Source: Camelus dromedarius
Taxonomy: Eukaryota
Assembly: GCF_036321535.1 (NCBI RefSeq)
Contig: NC_087436.1
Span: forward strand, 36,830,001-36,894,000
Length of the DNA: 64,000 bases
Direction: 5' to 3'
The notes beneath the pieces were generated by a model. That model was not told the origin of the DNA and did no database searches. It saw only the letters and a program-made list of their open reading frames with translations. Shown one piece after another: positions 1 to 13,289 of this stretch (the first letter of the stretch is position 1; every line of letters starts with the position of its first letter). Position numbers and translations under genes: made by a program.

Positions 1-151
1 GGAGACTGAGAGGAGAACGTGGCCAGCATAACCCCAGAGAGCCCACCCACTCCCCTTCTGCCTCAGCAGTGTGCAAGATGCGTGAGTTTCCAAAGTCAGT
101 CTTAGATAATGGGGATTCTGATTTTCCCACCGTATCTCCCAGAAACCAGCT

Positions 152-645
152 CTTATTAGCTCCCTATTGTTGCTGTAACTAATTACCAGAAATTTACTGG
201 CTTCAAACAACACAAATTTATCTTACAGTTCTGGAGGCTGGAAGTCTGAAATGCATTTCACTGGGCTATAATTGAGGTGTTGGCAAGGCTGTGTTCTTCC
301 TGGAGGCTTGAGGGGAAAATCCATTACCTTGCCTTTTCTAGGTTCTAGAGGCCACCTACTGTCCTTGGCTTGTGGACCCTTCCCAGCTTCAAAGACAGCA
401 GCCTCAAGCTGAGCCCTCATGCTGCCTTCTCACTGGTTTTCATTCTTCTGCCTTCCCCATCTCCCTGCCCCCTTTTAAGGATGTTGTGATTAAATTGGAC
501 CCATGTGGATAATCTATGATAACTTCCCTATTTTAAGATCCACTTATCAACATCCTTCAATCCCCTTTCCCTGTAATCTAACATATTCACAGATTCTAGA
601 GATTAGGATGTGGGCATCTTTGCAGGGACATTATTCTGCGTACCA
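152..645 (-). mobile_element. MaLR LTR, MLT1D-like
   Basis: Reverse-orientation MLT1 motifs: ttgctgtaactaattacc, cacaaatttatcttacagttctggaggctggaagtctgaaat, gattaggatgtgggcatcttt. Confidence 0.85.
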
Positions 646-1099
646 AACATAACAATAAGTTTATGTTCAGAATAATTTTTATTGCTACAAAATTAGGATT
701 TTCACTTTGGAATGTTTTCATCTCCCCTGGATTTTCTAACTTTATATGACATGCTTCCTGGGAATTTTGTTTTTACTGATGTGTTAAAGAGAAATGAGTA
801 CCAGTTCTTGATTATAACTCTAATACAGTATAATGATAGTCATTTGCCTTGTAGTAGATCTCAGAGGTTTTAGACATCCCTGTCAGGGGATATGATATTA
901 TTCCTATACTTTTGTAAATGACAGAATTGCAACACAAACATTTCTGGGGTGTGCTAAATCAACCTCTGTGAGGGAATAAAACACTTAATTCAACCAGGTT
1001 CTACCAACTTCAGTGTGTGGTGCATGTCTGTTAGAAGAAATAGTGAGTTGTCAATGATGTGCCATTTGTGATCAATTCAAAAGTAATTTTAAGAAGTTA

Positions 1100-1415
1100 G
1101 ACTCTAAAAAATAAAACTAACTAGTGAACATAGCAAAAAAGAAACAGACTTACAGATACAGAGAATCAACTAGTACCAGATGGGAAAGGGAAGTGGGAGG
1201 GGCAAGCTGGGGTAGGAGATTAAGAGGTACAAACTATTATACATAAAATAAATAAGCTACAAGAATATATTGTACAACATTTGGAATATAGCCAGTATTT
1301 TATAATAACTATAAATGGAATGTAACCTTTAAAAATTGTGAATTACTATGTTGCACACCTGAAACTTTGTAATTTTTACATCCACTATACTCCGTTAAAA
1401 ATAATTTTAAAAAAT
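1100..1415 (+). mobile_element. 5'-truncated L1 3' UTR fragment (laurasiatherian/cetartiodactyl type)
   Basis: gaaacagacttacagatacagagaa, gaggtacaaactatt, aaaaattgtgaattactatgttgcacacctgaaact, A-rich end; similar to the copy at 51165-51699. Confidence 0.85.
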
Positions 1416-2357
1416 GACTTTCATTGTTTTGTAGTACCAGTAAAGGTCTGCAAATGATTTCCATTTTTCTGTTATACTCTATTACATTTTATGGGAAAAC
1501 TATACACTTTGTTTCTACAATGCAAGGACTTTCAAAAATGTCATGTAAATTCTATGGGTATATTGTGTATGAACCGCAGAGGGCACATACAATAATCAAC
1601 TGGGTCACGGAAGAAAGTAACAGAACATCTATTAAATTTATTTTTATCTTATCTAAAATAGGAAAAAATAAGTTTGATTAATCTTATCTATATAGATTAG
1701 TTCTTGGTATATCAAACTATCAAGTATGCTGTATGTGCATGATGTGCCTTTATATGATTGGTGTATGGAATTAATTGAGAAATAAAAAATAGCAGTGTTC
1801 AGTAAGCACCACCTGATGCACTTGGTCCACTCTGATGTACTCATCCTTGTGTGATACCTTTTCCAAATGTGACAGCCTTTAAAACCAAGTATCTAAATAA
1901 ATCAGGTTTAGACATTGTCAAAAAAAAAAAAAAAAAAAGTCAAGCTCCCTGCATTTTTTTCCTTCTCAGCATCCACTGTCTGAGGCAAACAGTAAGGGAT
2001 TCTTCACCAAGGTAAATACGACTGAAGCAGCAAGCTCTGGTGTCTTAATACAGCAACCTCTTCAGACCAGGCCATTAGTACTAATGTCTTGGCAGGGAGT
2101 GTTAGGTCAGCATATTTATTTGAACTCCAAGAGCTTTAAGAACTTTCTGGGATGAAAGAGGGAGTACGTACGAGAGGAGCAACTCTTAAGAGAAACTCCA
2201 AGGATGAGAAAAAACATCCAGGTTAATTCAGGCCAAATCTGAAGACTTGGAGGCTTTGTGAAAATTTAATTCATGGCCTTGACTGTTGGAAAACTTTGAT
2301 TCTGTACATTTTAAAACTTACATTTTACACAGTTGAAATAATATTTTTACAGGGTTG

Positions 2358-2432
2358 TGTTTTGTTTTGTTTTGTTTTGTTTTGTTTTGTTTTGTTTTGT
2401 TTTGTTTCGTTTTGTTTCGTTTTGTTTTGTTT
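2358..2432. repeat. (GTTTT)n pentanucleotide microsatellite
   Basis: About 15 units, two of them GTTTC variants. Confidence 0.95.
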
Positions 2433-3102
2433 AAATTAACTTTGCTCTTTTTGTTCAGGTCTGGAACAAGCAAGGAAAGAGGGGAGTTTTGTTACTGAGA
2501 GACGTTTTACCTAAACGCATCCATCTGACTTACCTTGGCCAGCCTAGCCCCTCAATTGCTGCAAAGCCCCTGGGCCCCCACCTGCAGGTTTGCCTGTGGT
2601 CTGGCCTGGGTGGGAAGGAAACCAGGGAGAAGAGAAGGGGAGGGAGGAGGGGAGTTTAGCAGCCTGGGCATTAAAGCACCAAGTCGGCTTTGCTGCAGCT
2701 AAGCAGTCCAGTGCTGAAGGGGCCCCGCTTGCTAGCACCAGGTGCCCATGTTCTTAGTCTAAGCTTCCATCTGACGTCCTCTGCTAACAAGGTCGTTGCC
2801 TTATCTGGTACCTAAGACTTTGTCTTGCTTAACCTGCCCAGCACCATCCCTTTTTTTTTTAAACAAACATTCCTTGTAAGTGACCGTCTTGCCTTTTACT
2901 TTTGTTCTAAACCAGGCCTTGCCCACCACTCATCCCCTACTCTGCAGGGCACCAGGATCCCATTCCTGAAACTCTGCCCTACGACCAGACCAGTTTGACC
3001 TCTCCCCACAGCTGCCCTCCACCAGCACCCCTGTCAGGGCTCCCCCATCGTCACCGTGACATTTAAAACAACATATAGACAGGTACAGAGAATACTCCAT
3101 TA

Positions 3103-3291
3103 CGTTGGTTCTTAAGGTTTAGCATGCACCAGAATCACCTGGGGGACCTGTGAAAACACTGGTTGTTGGGTTCCATTCGCAGAGTTTCTGATTCAGTAGG
3201 TCTCGAGTGGAGGCTGGGAATTCGCATTTCTAATCCATTTCCAAGCGATGCTGACGTTGCTGGTCTGGGGACCGTATCTTGAGAACCACTG
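3103..3291. mobile_element. MER5A-like hAT-Charlie MITE
   Basis: cagaatcacctgg, agagtttctgattcagtaggtct, tgctggtctggggacc, ttgagaaccactg; about 190 bp. Confidence 0.9.
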
Positions 3292-6200
3292 GCTTATTAT
3301 ATACACGTGCCTCCACCACCCAGACTTAACAAATAGCTACATTTTGTTGTATTTATACTACATCTTTTTTCCCTTTATGAGAAATGAAATGTTCTAGATA
3401 CATCAATGGCCTCCCTCTCCCTCCCTTCCTTGGGTCTTCCTTCTCTTGAGGACAGCCAGTGCCTGCCAGGACTGTGCTCTCTGGATGCAGCGCAGTGGCA
3501 CCTGGTGGAGTTTCCTGCCGTTTGAAGTTGGATCTGCTTCCCTGCTTGCACCTTGACTCCTTAATTTCTATCAGTATCTCTCCTTCTATCCCATCCTGCT
3601 ACTCTTAATTTTCATGTTCCTGCTAAGTCACAGGATGTAACAGAATATACATTAAACTGTTATGAGGAGAAACTGAATCAGGTTTTCACTATGAGGAAGA
3701 CGCATCTTACTGGGCACATGTTCACTCTATTAATTAAGTTTTAGGTGGAGAGAACAAAGATCAGTAACAACCAAGCAGATTAAGCAGACAGAGCCTGGAT
3801 ATAGTGATTTAGGAGACTGAAAGCCTTGATTCTTGAAGGCAGATTCACCCTAGGTTCTGGCGTCCCAGCTTCCAAGCGAGGCTCAAGAGATAAAAGTGAC
3901 ACACTGAACAGAGGAAACCAAATATCAAGCTTACTAATTAAGGGTTCTCAACTGGGCTAAGCCAGCACCACACATATTCAGCTTTAAGTAGGTTGAACAT
4001 AAGAGTTTTTAAATTTGGTTCTTCCAATTCTACAAATATTTGTCTAAATGGCAATTTAAAATCATATGAAATTAAAGCTATCTAAATGGCCAAGGGAACC
4101 CATAACTGCCTAGGAACTTTTTTTTTTCGTTCTTTAATCACTTTCAGCTTATTCACAGAACTAAATGAATTAATACACATATAGTTTGGATTAAACATGA
4201 ATGGTAAGAACACACTTCTCTAGGTCCTCTTCTCATTGTCTGTCCACCCCATTCTCTCTTAACATCTTTGCTTAGCTTTCCTTTAAGTCCTGCCCTCCCT
4301 CCAGGTCTTACCCCTCTATATAGGCAAGGCTTTGTGTGGCCAGCCCTGCTTAGCTGGCATGTTCACTGTCAGCCTCTGTGGCTAGGTGAGAATTTCTCTT
4401 CACCATTTCTTCTTCTCCTTTTTGTTATGAGGAAGACAACTACTAACTTAGTTCTCCTCACCTCTCCAGCCCAACTGAACTCGCTCTAGGCTGAGTGGTT
4501 ATTCAGCTGGCTTAGCAGTAGGGCTCCAGCCTTTCCCAGGGCTCTCCAAATTGCTAGGAAATGAGACAGCCAGTAATACATACCCATGGACAACTAAGTG
4601 CCATGGGAATTTAATTGAGGGAAAAGTTAATTCTGATCTGATACTAAATTATTTTATAATTAGTGCAAAATCTAATACAGGCACTGTTTTTACTTAGTCA
4701 TTCATGTTATTTGCACGTTAAATAGTCTTTGTGAGATTAGCATGTTTATGGTCCAGTATTTATAGTGTAGTCACCAAACAGTTCTATTAATACCCCATCA
4801 GATAACAAAGATAATCATCTGGTCTGAAGATTAAACAACATCAAAAATGCAAAATTAATCTAAACACATACACGATCTCTCTCTTAAGGATAAAAAAAAT
4901 CCTCATAAGAATAACAACCACACAGAAGGTAGACTGATTTTTTGAAATGGAATATTTTAGGTTTTTCCCTTACTCCATTACTGATCCTATTATTTTCCAT
5001 GATAAAACATTACATTTTGTCAATTAGTTAACTTAATGGTTTGAAACTCTGGGAAGAAAAAGGAAGAAAATAAAAATAAAAACTTTTACCTAAGTAGGGA
5101 TTTAGAGCTTCTTAAAAATGATGAGAATGTTCTAGACTAGTTTCAAGACAGAAATGATAGAAATTCACAGCATTTTTAAAAAAAACTGTCACATGTGACT
5201 ATTTTTCTCCTCTTTTTTTCTCCTTTTTAAATATAGGGTCTTAGCCATAGAGTTAGGAATTCAAAACTCGATGAGAAGAAAGGAGTGCCAGTATATGTTT
5301 ATGATAGCACCGTTTTCCTCTGCATTGAATCAGGTGATTAATGTCAGTGTTTTTTCCAACGAGATGATTTTACCAAGTGACCATTCATCCTGAATGAATT
5401 ATCATAAATAAAACACAACAGTAAATGACCACAGTTAACACAGATTGGCTATAAAACATCCAGCGCTGAGGAAATGCAAAATGTTCAAGTGGTTAGTTAG
5501 ACGAGAAATCTTTTGGTGTAGGGATCTCACATCGTAAGCCAATGGAATTTAATTTAATACACTTTACTGCCATGCAGAGTTAGGCACATATTGCTACAAT
5601 CAATAAACTGAATCACTCTGCCCACTGGACAGATTTGAAATTCTGTGTCTTCATATTTTGTTACTATTCACTAATGACGTACAGGTTTGTTGCCATCGCT
5701 ACCAGAGTCATCTCCCTCTTACTTCCCAGAGTGAAACAAGAGCACTTTTTCAACATTTAATCAAACGTTTCTTAAAGCTTGAGGAATATATTCATGCTTT
5801 AAACTGTGGTTTATAAAGTAGGAGGCCTTCAGTTCTCATCAGGCACTAAATCATTTCTCTCCTGTGTTCCAGGAAGCCTCACGTGACTCTTCCCTCCCTC
5901 TCCAGCCCTTCCCTACTCTCCCCTTCTTTCCTCCTCACTTCCCAATTTCAGCTGATTTATTAATACAAATCATCCTCATTTGTTTGGTATATTGTAGATG
6001 CAGTATTTGGTGATGAGAATTCATAGATAACCTAAAAGAATATATCTTGTGCATCTGATTTTTTTTTCATCTCGGCTGGTTTTCTGTACTACAAACAAAA
6101 ACACTCTCTATCAAAATTGGTATCTGGAGTTAATCAGCACATATCACACCATAAAACCTGTCCTTGGGCACTTGACAGAAAGACTGAACATGCATATCAA

Positions 6201-6462
6201 ACTGGAAAAACTGGTGAACATTAATTGGGTGTAATATTTTTCATCTTTTCCTTGCCTCTTAATCAGGACTTTATATTATTCCAAACCAATGTGAAACCAT
6301 TCTGCCTTATTTTCTGAAAGTATCAAGAGAATATCATCCATTTGTTTATGGCTCCTTGATGCTGTGAGGGATACATTAGGTGTACCAGAGACAGTCAATG
6401 AATCAATGAATATGTTCAGGCAATAAAGCCACAAGGCAGGATATAAATGCTATATATAGTAA

Positions 6463-6464
<2 letters not shown>

Positions 6465-6499
<35 letters not shown>
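6465..6499. repeat. (TG)n microsatellite
   Basis: Perfect TG run. Confidence 0.95.
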
Positions 6500-6503
<4 letters not shown>

Positions 6504-7659
6504 ATACACATATGTATATATATCATTTCTCCCTGAAAAGGCATTACAAGGAAAGGCATTGCTAGGTCTTGAAAGGAATGGAAGAAGGAAAAGCTGGGAT
6601 GGGAGACAGGCCAGGAGAAGGAGAGACTGTACCACCATGAGCAAAGCCATATGTTGCAAGACTGGCAGCCAGACTGGCTGGACCTTTAGGCATGTGGATA
6701 GGAGGGGTGGACGTCGAGTCTGCCCAGACACTTTGGGGCCAAACCACAGAGGTCTGAGCAGGTGAGACTCAAGTTGGTAGCAATCAGAAACCATGGGAGT
6801 TTGGCAAAGGCCAGTGACACAAAATGGTGCTTAAGAAGATTAATCTGGTGGCAGATTGTTCTCAGGACCTCATTCTGAGATTTAATAACAGGCAAGAAAT
6901 TCTTATCCTTCTTTTTCCTCACATCCGGTCCTTATGGGAGGTGATGAACAGTTGGTTCATACCTTCTGAATAATAACCCCTTCCTAGGCTTGAAGAGGAA
7001 GTCTCATTTAAAATGATAGAATTTTAATTGAGGCATGAAGGTGACTTTGACACAATTTGGTCAACCCTTCTGGAGAGGAAGTGGGTATTTGCCCAACAAG
7101 TCACTTCTGATGCCTATTTATTCTTTTTTCTTTCTTGTGTCTCATCAGTTCAATCTACCTCCTTCTCTCAGAGCCTCTCATGGACCCATTTTCTCTCTCA
7201 CCTCCCTGAATCAATAGTCTTGGTTTTTAGCTGGAGGCTTCTTGAGTTCTCCAAGCTGGAGAATCACTCCATCTCTAAGATTCCTCTGTCTTTCTTTCTT
7301 CTGAGAAATCTTTCTTCTAGGTTAAACAATACCTACTCCAGAAGACTTTCCCTGAATTAGCCCAATTAAATCTGATTATTCCTTTACTTTGTGTCCTCTC
7401 AGTTCTTAGTAATGAAAACATTTTCACTTTTCTGGCTTTGTGAGGGGATGATCTGTTCTACACGAGGGAAACATTTCACAGGCATAAGCTTATCTCTTTG
7501 ACTGCCAATGGTTAGTTACCTAAATTCTTTTTTAAAGGTAAATTTTCTGTAATGATATACCACTTATTTGTTATGCCTTGTATAACCACGCCTATTGAAT
7601 ATAAATTAATCTCATCTTCATGCCAAGGCACCATCATTGGAAAGCCATCATCTTTCTGT

Positions 7660-8065
7660 CAAAACTGCTCCTCCCACAGTCTTTCCCATTTTTTTTAATT
7701 AGAACACCATATTTATATTTGCGCAGCAAAAAAATCTGGAGTCATCCTTCATATGTCCCCGTCTCTCACTTCCTACATGCATTCTAATAGTAAATCCTGC
7801 TGGCCCTATCTCCAATATATATCCAGAATTTAATCAGTTCTTACCAACTCTACTCTTTGCATGTGAATCCAAGCCTCCATCATCTTTCCCTGGATGGTTG
7901 CAATAACCTCCTGCTTTCCTCACTTCTACCCTGACCCCTTCTACACATGGTCTCTTCTCAACATGGCAGGCAGAGTGATCTGTCAAAGGCAGTCATATTA
8001 ATCCTCGGCTCCAAACCCTGCAATGTCTTCTTTACCCCAGAATAAAAGCCAAAGTCTTTACAGTA
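7660..8065 (+). mobile_element. L2 LINE 3' fragment
   Basis: ctggagtcatcctt, aaatcctgctggccctatctccaatatatatccagaat, ccaagcctccatcatctttccctgga. Confidence 0.8.
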
Positions 8066-8804
8066 CTCTGAATTGTGATTAAATAAGCTGGTTCTGGCAA
8101 AGTGCATACATTTTCTAACATGTATTTTCATTTGAGCAGAAATTGTTTTGCATATTCAGGATCTAAGGCTGTGTTGCAGAGTTGAGATCGGCAGATAAGT
8201 GATGGCTTGATAAGGCGTAACTGTGTATTAACTTGCACTTGATGTATTGCTTGGTAGAAATGTTTGTCATTTTGTTTTTCACTTTCTGCCTCTGAAGCTG
8301 GACTACTCTTCATGTAACCCTTCACCGCCCAGTATATTGCTTTTCACACAGTGAATGTCAACTTACTGCCTCTGCTTACAAACAGACCTCGTGCTTTGGA
8401 AAAGTAAAAATTAACAGAATCAATGCTTCAGTGGCCTGTAAGATGCCTGTTATGATCAGTTTTATCCATTTGAAAAGCTGTTTACCTTTCAGTTTTCCAT
8501 TCACATTACATCACCCAAACATGAACTTGAGAACCGTTTTCCCTTCCTTGACTCCATGGCTTGTCTCCTCATTTCCAGGGACAGGAACTTGACTGGTGAG
8601 TGATCATGCCATACAAACATGGAAGGACCTCCCTGTGCAAACTGCCAACGATTTCCCACAATTTAACCACCACAAGGCAAACCCCAGCCTAAACCATATT
8701 ATGGCAAAGTTTTATAAATATAAAATCCATACACACTCTTAGTCTAGGGTTTTACTCCAGAAAAAGAGAGCTCAACTGTGTAAACAAAAAAAACCTTGAG
8801 GGTA

Positions 8805-8808
<4 letters not shown>

Positions 8809-8863
<55 letters not shown>

Positions 8864-8880
8864 GGGAGGGAGGGAGGGAG
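8809..8880. repeat. Compound (TG)n(GA)n(GGGA)4 microsatellite
   Basis: TG 8809-8842, GA about 8842-8863, GGGA x4 8864-8879. Confidence 0.95.
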
Positions 8881-9389
8881 ACCAAAGGAGAAAGGTGGAG
8901 GGGGGAGAAAAAGGAGGGAGGAAGGGTGCTATAGTACAATGGTAAAAGCATGACACTAGAAGTTATGAATTTTATTTTTTAATCTTGACTTTGATATTAA
9001 CTTGCTGTATCATCTGTAACATATCCCAATCTATTTGCCCTCAGTTCCTCACTATAAAAATCAATGAATTTAACCAAATTAGTGATAGGAAACGTGTGTG
9101 CACTCCTCACACTCATACCCATAAGAGGTAAAACTTATCAATCAAGTATTCTTACCTGCTAAACAAAGATTTGTCATCGTAATCCTTATTAATGTAACAC
9201 TCTAGAAGTCACTAACAAGCAGTTAAAGAAGATGACATAACTATTTGCCTCTAATGATGTTTAAGACCTCTGATTCTATTTTCTCTACCATCATAAGAAT
9301 GATAGTTTTCCATATTAGTCACCAAGACTTATTTACTAAGATAAATAAGTTACTTCAAAATTTACTGCCTACTAAATACAGAGTAATAC

Positions 9390-9570
9390 ATAATAAACAA
9401 CACTTATTGAGTATTTATTATGTACCAAGTCATAGATTTTTTAATGTATCCATAAATCTACTATGGACTCTTAGTCATCAAACCAAACTTTGAAGATTGG
9501 CATTTTTATCTTAACTAGGAAATTAAAGCTCAAAGAAGCTCAATAACTTGCTCATGATTACACTTCTAAA
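9390..9570 (-). mobile_element. MIR SINE, degenerate
   Basis: cacttattgagtatttattatgtaccaag, ggaaattaaagctcaaagaagctcaataacttgctcatgattacac. Confidence 0.65.
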
Positions 9571-9916
9571 TTTAAAACATCTTTAAATTTATCATTTTTC
9601 ACTTGCAAGATTGGGCAACTTGACAACACACTCCACTGGCCAGGCAGTAGGAAAAAGGGAACTTTCATCCATTGCTGGTGGGAATGCAAAATGTTATAAC
9701 CCCTATGAAGGAAAACTTGGCAGCATCTAATAAAATTAAACAGGTATTTGCTTTAAGCCTCAGAAACTTCACTCCTAGGAATCTACCCTTAATATACACG
9801 TCCACAGATTCAGAACATATGCACAAGTTTATTCAGTGGCACTATTTGTAATAGCAAAATATGATAACAATCTAAATGCCAATTCATAAAAGATTGGTTA
9901 AATAAATAATGGTTTA

Positions 9917-9968
9917 ATACATACATACATACATACATACATACATACATACATACATACATACATAC
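9917..9968. repeat. (TACA)n tetranucleotide microsatellite
   Basis: About 13 perfect units. Confidence 0.95.
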
Positions 9969-10765
9969 TAGCTATGGAAAGAATGAGAAAGACCTCTATA
10001 AACTGACATGGAACCATTTCCAGAATATAATGTTAAGTGAAAAAAACAAAAGACAAAAGAATGTATAGAGTATGCTACCTTTTGTGCAGGAGAGAAGATG
10101 ATCTAATACACATGAATATCTATCTATCTGTCTGTCTATCTGTCTGTCGTCTATCTGTCTGTCTATGGTGGGAACAAGGTTGAGGAGACCTGGAGAGACT
10201 TAGTGAAGGGCATAGCTTTGTGTATAGTTTTGATTGTCAAACATGTCAATGTTATATATTAAAAATTTTTTTTAATTTTTTATTGAAGTGTAGTTTTACA
10301 GTGTTAGTTTCAGGTGTACAGCAAAGTGATTCAGTTAATGTTATATATTTTTTAAAAAATAAAACTAAATTAAAAAGTGTGAAAAATCAAGCACTAAAAT
10401 GAAATACAAATAGAAACAAATGATTTCAGCAGTATGTGAAATTAATACCATATCCATATAGACAAAAAAGTAATTCAAGTAAATTTTAAGCATACTCTAG
10501 ATTGTGTACTTTTGTCACATACATAGGGCATTGCAAATTATTTTACAATTCTACTTATTAGGTTTGTTATTGGTGGTAGTATTGTTGTAATTCTGTTTTG
10601 TGTGTATGTTGGGTAGAACTAATGAGTAAATATTTTGATGTTCTTGGAAACCTCAGTGGATTTTTACTCAGGAACAAGCAGATACAAAGAAAACAATAAA
10701 GAAGAAGGATCCTATAGTATTAGATTTCAATTGTACATATTAATATGAAATCATGACTTTAAGAT

Positions 10766-10796
<31 letters not shown>

Positions 10797-11562
10797 TTTT
10801 TTTTCGGTGAAGGAGCCTAGAAAATTAACATCCTGTTATAATTGTATCCAGAATCCAGGTCTTGATTTCTAAAACTTACTTCCTATTAAAAGGAACCAGG
10901 TCTCCTTGGAGAAACGGAAGGTTCCAGGTATGAGGCAAGGAAAGTACAAATACAAGATGAGCCTGGAACATCTTGTGCCAGAAAGCACCGAAGTGCTCAA
11001 AGATTAATGGGGATGTGTCTAAAGGACCCAGCAGCCAGCATGAAGTGCCACCCGCTGACCAAATTGGGGACAATTTCAGCATCAAAAAGAAAAATGATGG
11101 TAATACATTATAACACAGTGAATTTTGAAAAAGAGAGGGATCACAAATTTATGGTAATATGAGAAAAAAAGGAGAGGAAGAGAGAAAGGGATAGTTCTCC
11201 GTTATAGTACAATGACAGCTAATAATGTAGAAGGAGTGATAAGATGAGAAAATCACCATTTTATAACACACAATATAACAGCTGAGTCAGACATGAATTA
11301 TTAATGAATAGTTAAGTCATGGGGGCACAAATTTATTGAGACAAGGATGTTTACATGATCTCAAATGATTACCCCACAAATTACTTACTCATCACCAAAG
11401 GGAAAATATTCCTTTACAAGTGAAAAGTGCCAATAATGGAAAGCCTGACACCATGGTATCTGTGCCTCCTGACACGATGTGGTAAGAGATACTAGACTTC
11501 TCCTCACTGTACTCACGCTGGAAAGTTTTCATAAAGAATCAGAACAATCAAGAATGTGGTAC

Positions 11563-11687
11563 TGGGGGGAGGGTAAAGCTCAGTGGTAGAGCGTGTGCTT
11601 AGCATGCACGAGGTCCTGGGTTCAATCCCCAGTACCTCCATAGAGACAAACTCTAATTACCACCCCGCAACACACACCCCCCAAAAA
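11563..11687 (+). mobile_element. tRNA-Ala(AGC)-derived SINE, Vic-1-like (camelid)
   Basis: gggagggtaaagctcagtggtagagcgtgtgcttagcatgcacgaggtcctgggttcaatccccagtacctcca plus tail; perfect 13-bp TSD aagaatgtggtac at 11550-11562 and 11688-11700. Confidence 0.9.
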
Positions 11688-12872
11688 AAGAATGTGGTAC
11701 AATTACTTGGAACAGATGACCTGAACTCTTCAAAGAATTCAATGTTGTGGAAAAAACCAAGCGAAGCAGAGAACTGTTCTGGATTGAGGGAGCATAATAA
11801 GACAAAAAGAGCCAATTCAATACATGAACCTTGACTGATACCGAACAGGGTGGAGTGCAGAGCTATAATTTGACACTTTCTTGATAATCGGGGAAATCTG
11901 AGTATGGGCTGTATGTTGAATTATGTCATTGAACTAATGTTGATTTTCTTAGGTGTGATTATAGTGTTGTGGCTGGTTACTAGAATGTTCTTGTTCTTGG
12001 GAGATGCATACTGAGGTATCTAGAGATGAAATGTCATGATGTCTGTAGTCTACAATGAAAAGATTTGGCAAAAGGGAGGAATGTGGGTGTGTGTGTGTTG
12101 TCTGTGTGCAGAGGAAAGATGTTGACACTTAGTGAATATAGATGAGAGTATATGAGTTTTTTTTTGTTCCATTCTTTCAACTTTTCTGTGGGTTTGAAAA
12201 ATTTTGAAATAAAAAAAATACATTAAAAAAATATTATACTGCTAGTAAGTAGTCAAACCTGGGTTTGAATTCAGGCCTTACTGCAATGAAAGGCCGTATT
12301 CTTTCTCTTAAACCTCAGAGTCTATTTGCATAACTAGGTTTGTGTACCAATAAGACTTTTTATTTTTTCAAATCAGTGGAATTTCTACATGAGAGTCCTG
12401 GGAAACTCAAGCCTTTAAAATGGGATGGTAAGGACAAAAACACTTTGCACCACCTAAGGACACATTTCCTAACTTCATACTCAACAAGTCCTTTAAAAAG
12501 GAGCACTTCCTGCTCTCTGGGCCCTGTTATTGGTGCCTATACAGAAAATGCATCTGCTGTAATTCTGTCTTTCTTATTCATGCCTCTGGAAAAAAACCTA
12601 TTTGTCTACTTGTTCCAGTTAAACACTCATAGATTTCTCTATTAGTTGATGGACAGGAATAAAATAAAATTTAATTATATCCATGTCTATATTTAAGAAC
12701 TTAGATCCATATATGAGTGGATAAAACCAGATATCTTAGATTCACTGTGTAACTGGAATTTATAGATGAAATGTGAGTAAGACAGGAAAAATTGGCACTG
12801 AAAAGTCTCCAGTTTTGTGACTAGCCATGACTTAAGAAAGACACAATGCAAAGTTAAAACCTGGGATCAGCC

Positions 12873-13061
12873 TTAGTTCTGTTAGATAAAATACTGAATG
12901 GATACCCAGTTAAATTGGAATTTCCGATAATAAATACTTTTCAGGATAAGTATGTCCAAAGTATTTCAGGACACATACTTAAAAAATTCATTGCTTATCT
13001 GAAATATAAATCTAATTGGACATCCATTCAGTATTTTTATTTGCTAAATCTGGAAACTTTA
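12873..13061. mobile_element. MER53-like palindromic hAT MITE
   Basis: cccagttaaattggaatttccgataa, taagtatgtcc, tatctgaaatataaatctaattgg, tatttttatttgctaaatctggaaac; long inverted arms. Confidence 0.85.
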
Positions 13062-13289
13062 ATCATCCCACCAACAACTGATGTCTGAGTTAGGAGCTGG
13101 AGCTGAGGGAGAGGGTCGGAGAAGCTGTGAGTTGGTTAGTAAAAGGAATGGATCATGAAATTCTAAAAATATTACTTTGGAAGACTACCATTCCATGGCT
13201 GCTTCCTTTATCAGAATAGACAAAAGGCCTAAGAAATATCAAACCCTCCCCAAAAAGAAGTAACAGCCATATCATCATCAAAACTGCCT

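Larger units (their letters stand above)
9590..12220 (+). mobile_element. Old L1M (L1MC/L1ME-type) ORF2 end and long 3' UTR, fragmented
   Basis: cattgctggtgggaatgcaaaatg, ttcactcctaggaatctaccct, gcactatttgtaatagcaaaa; ends ttctttcaacttttctgtgggtttgaaaaattttgaaataaaa; interrupted by microsatellites and a SINE. Confidence 0.75.

Noticed and set aside
6450..6794. ORFs with CVCV/THTH runs (also near 8744, 23956 and 41672)
   Set aside because: These are read-throughs of (TG)n/(CA)n microsatellites.
11569..11640. tRNA-Ala(AGC) gene
   Set aside because: It has a TSD, a SINE tail, an imperfect acceptor stem and no T at position 8, and five diverged relatives lie in the window; it is a SINE.
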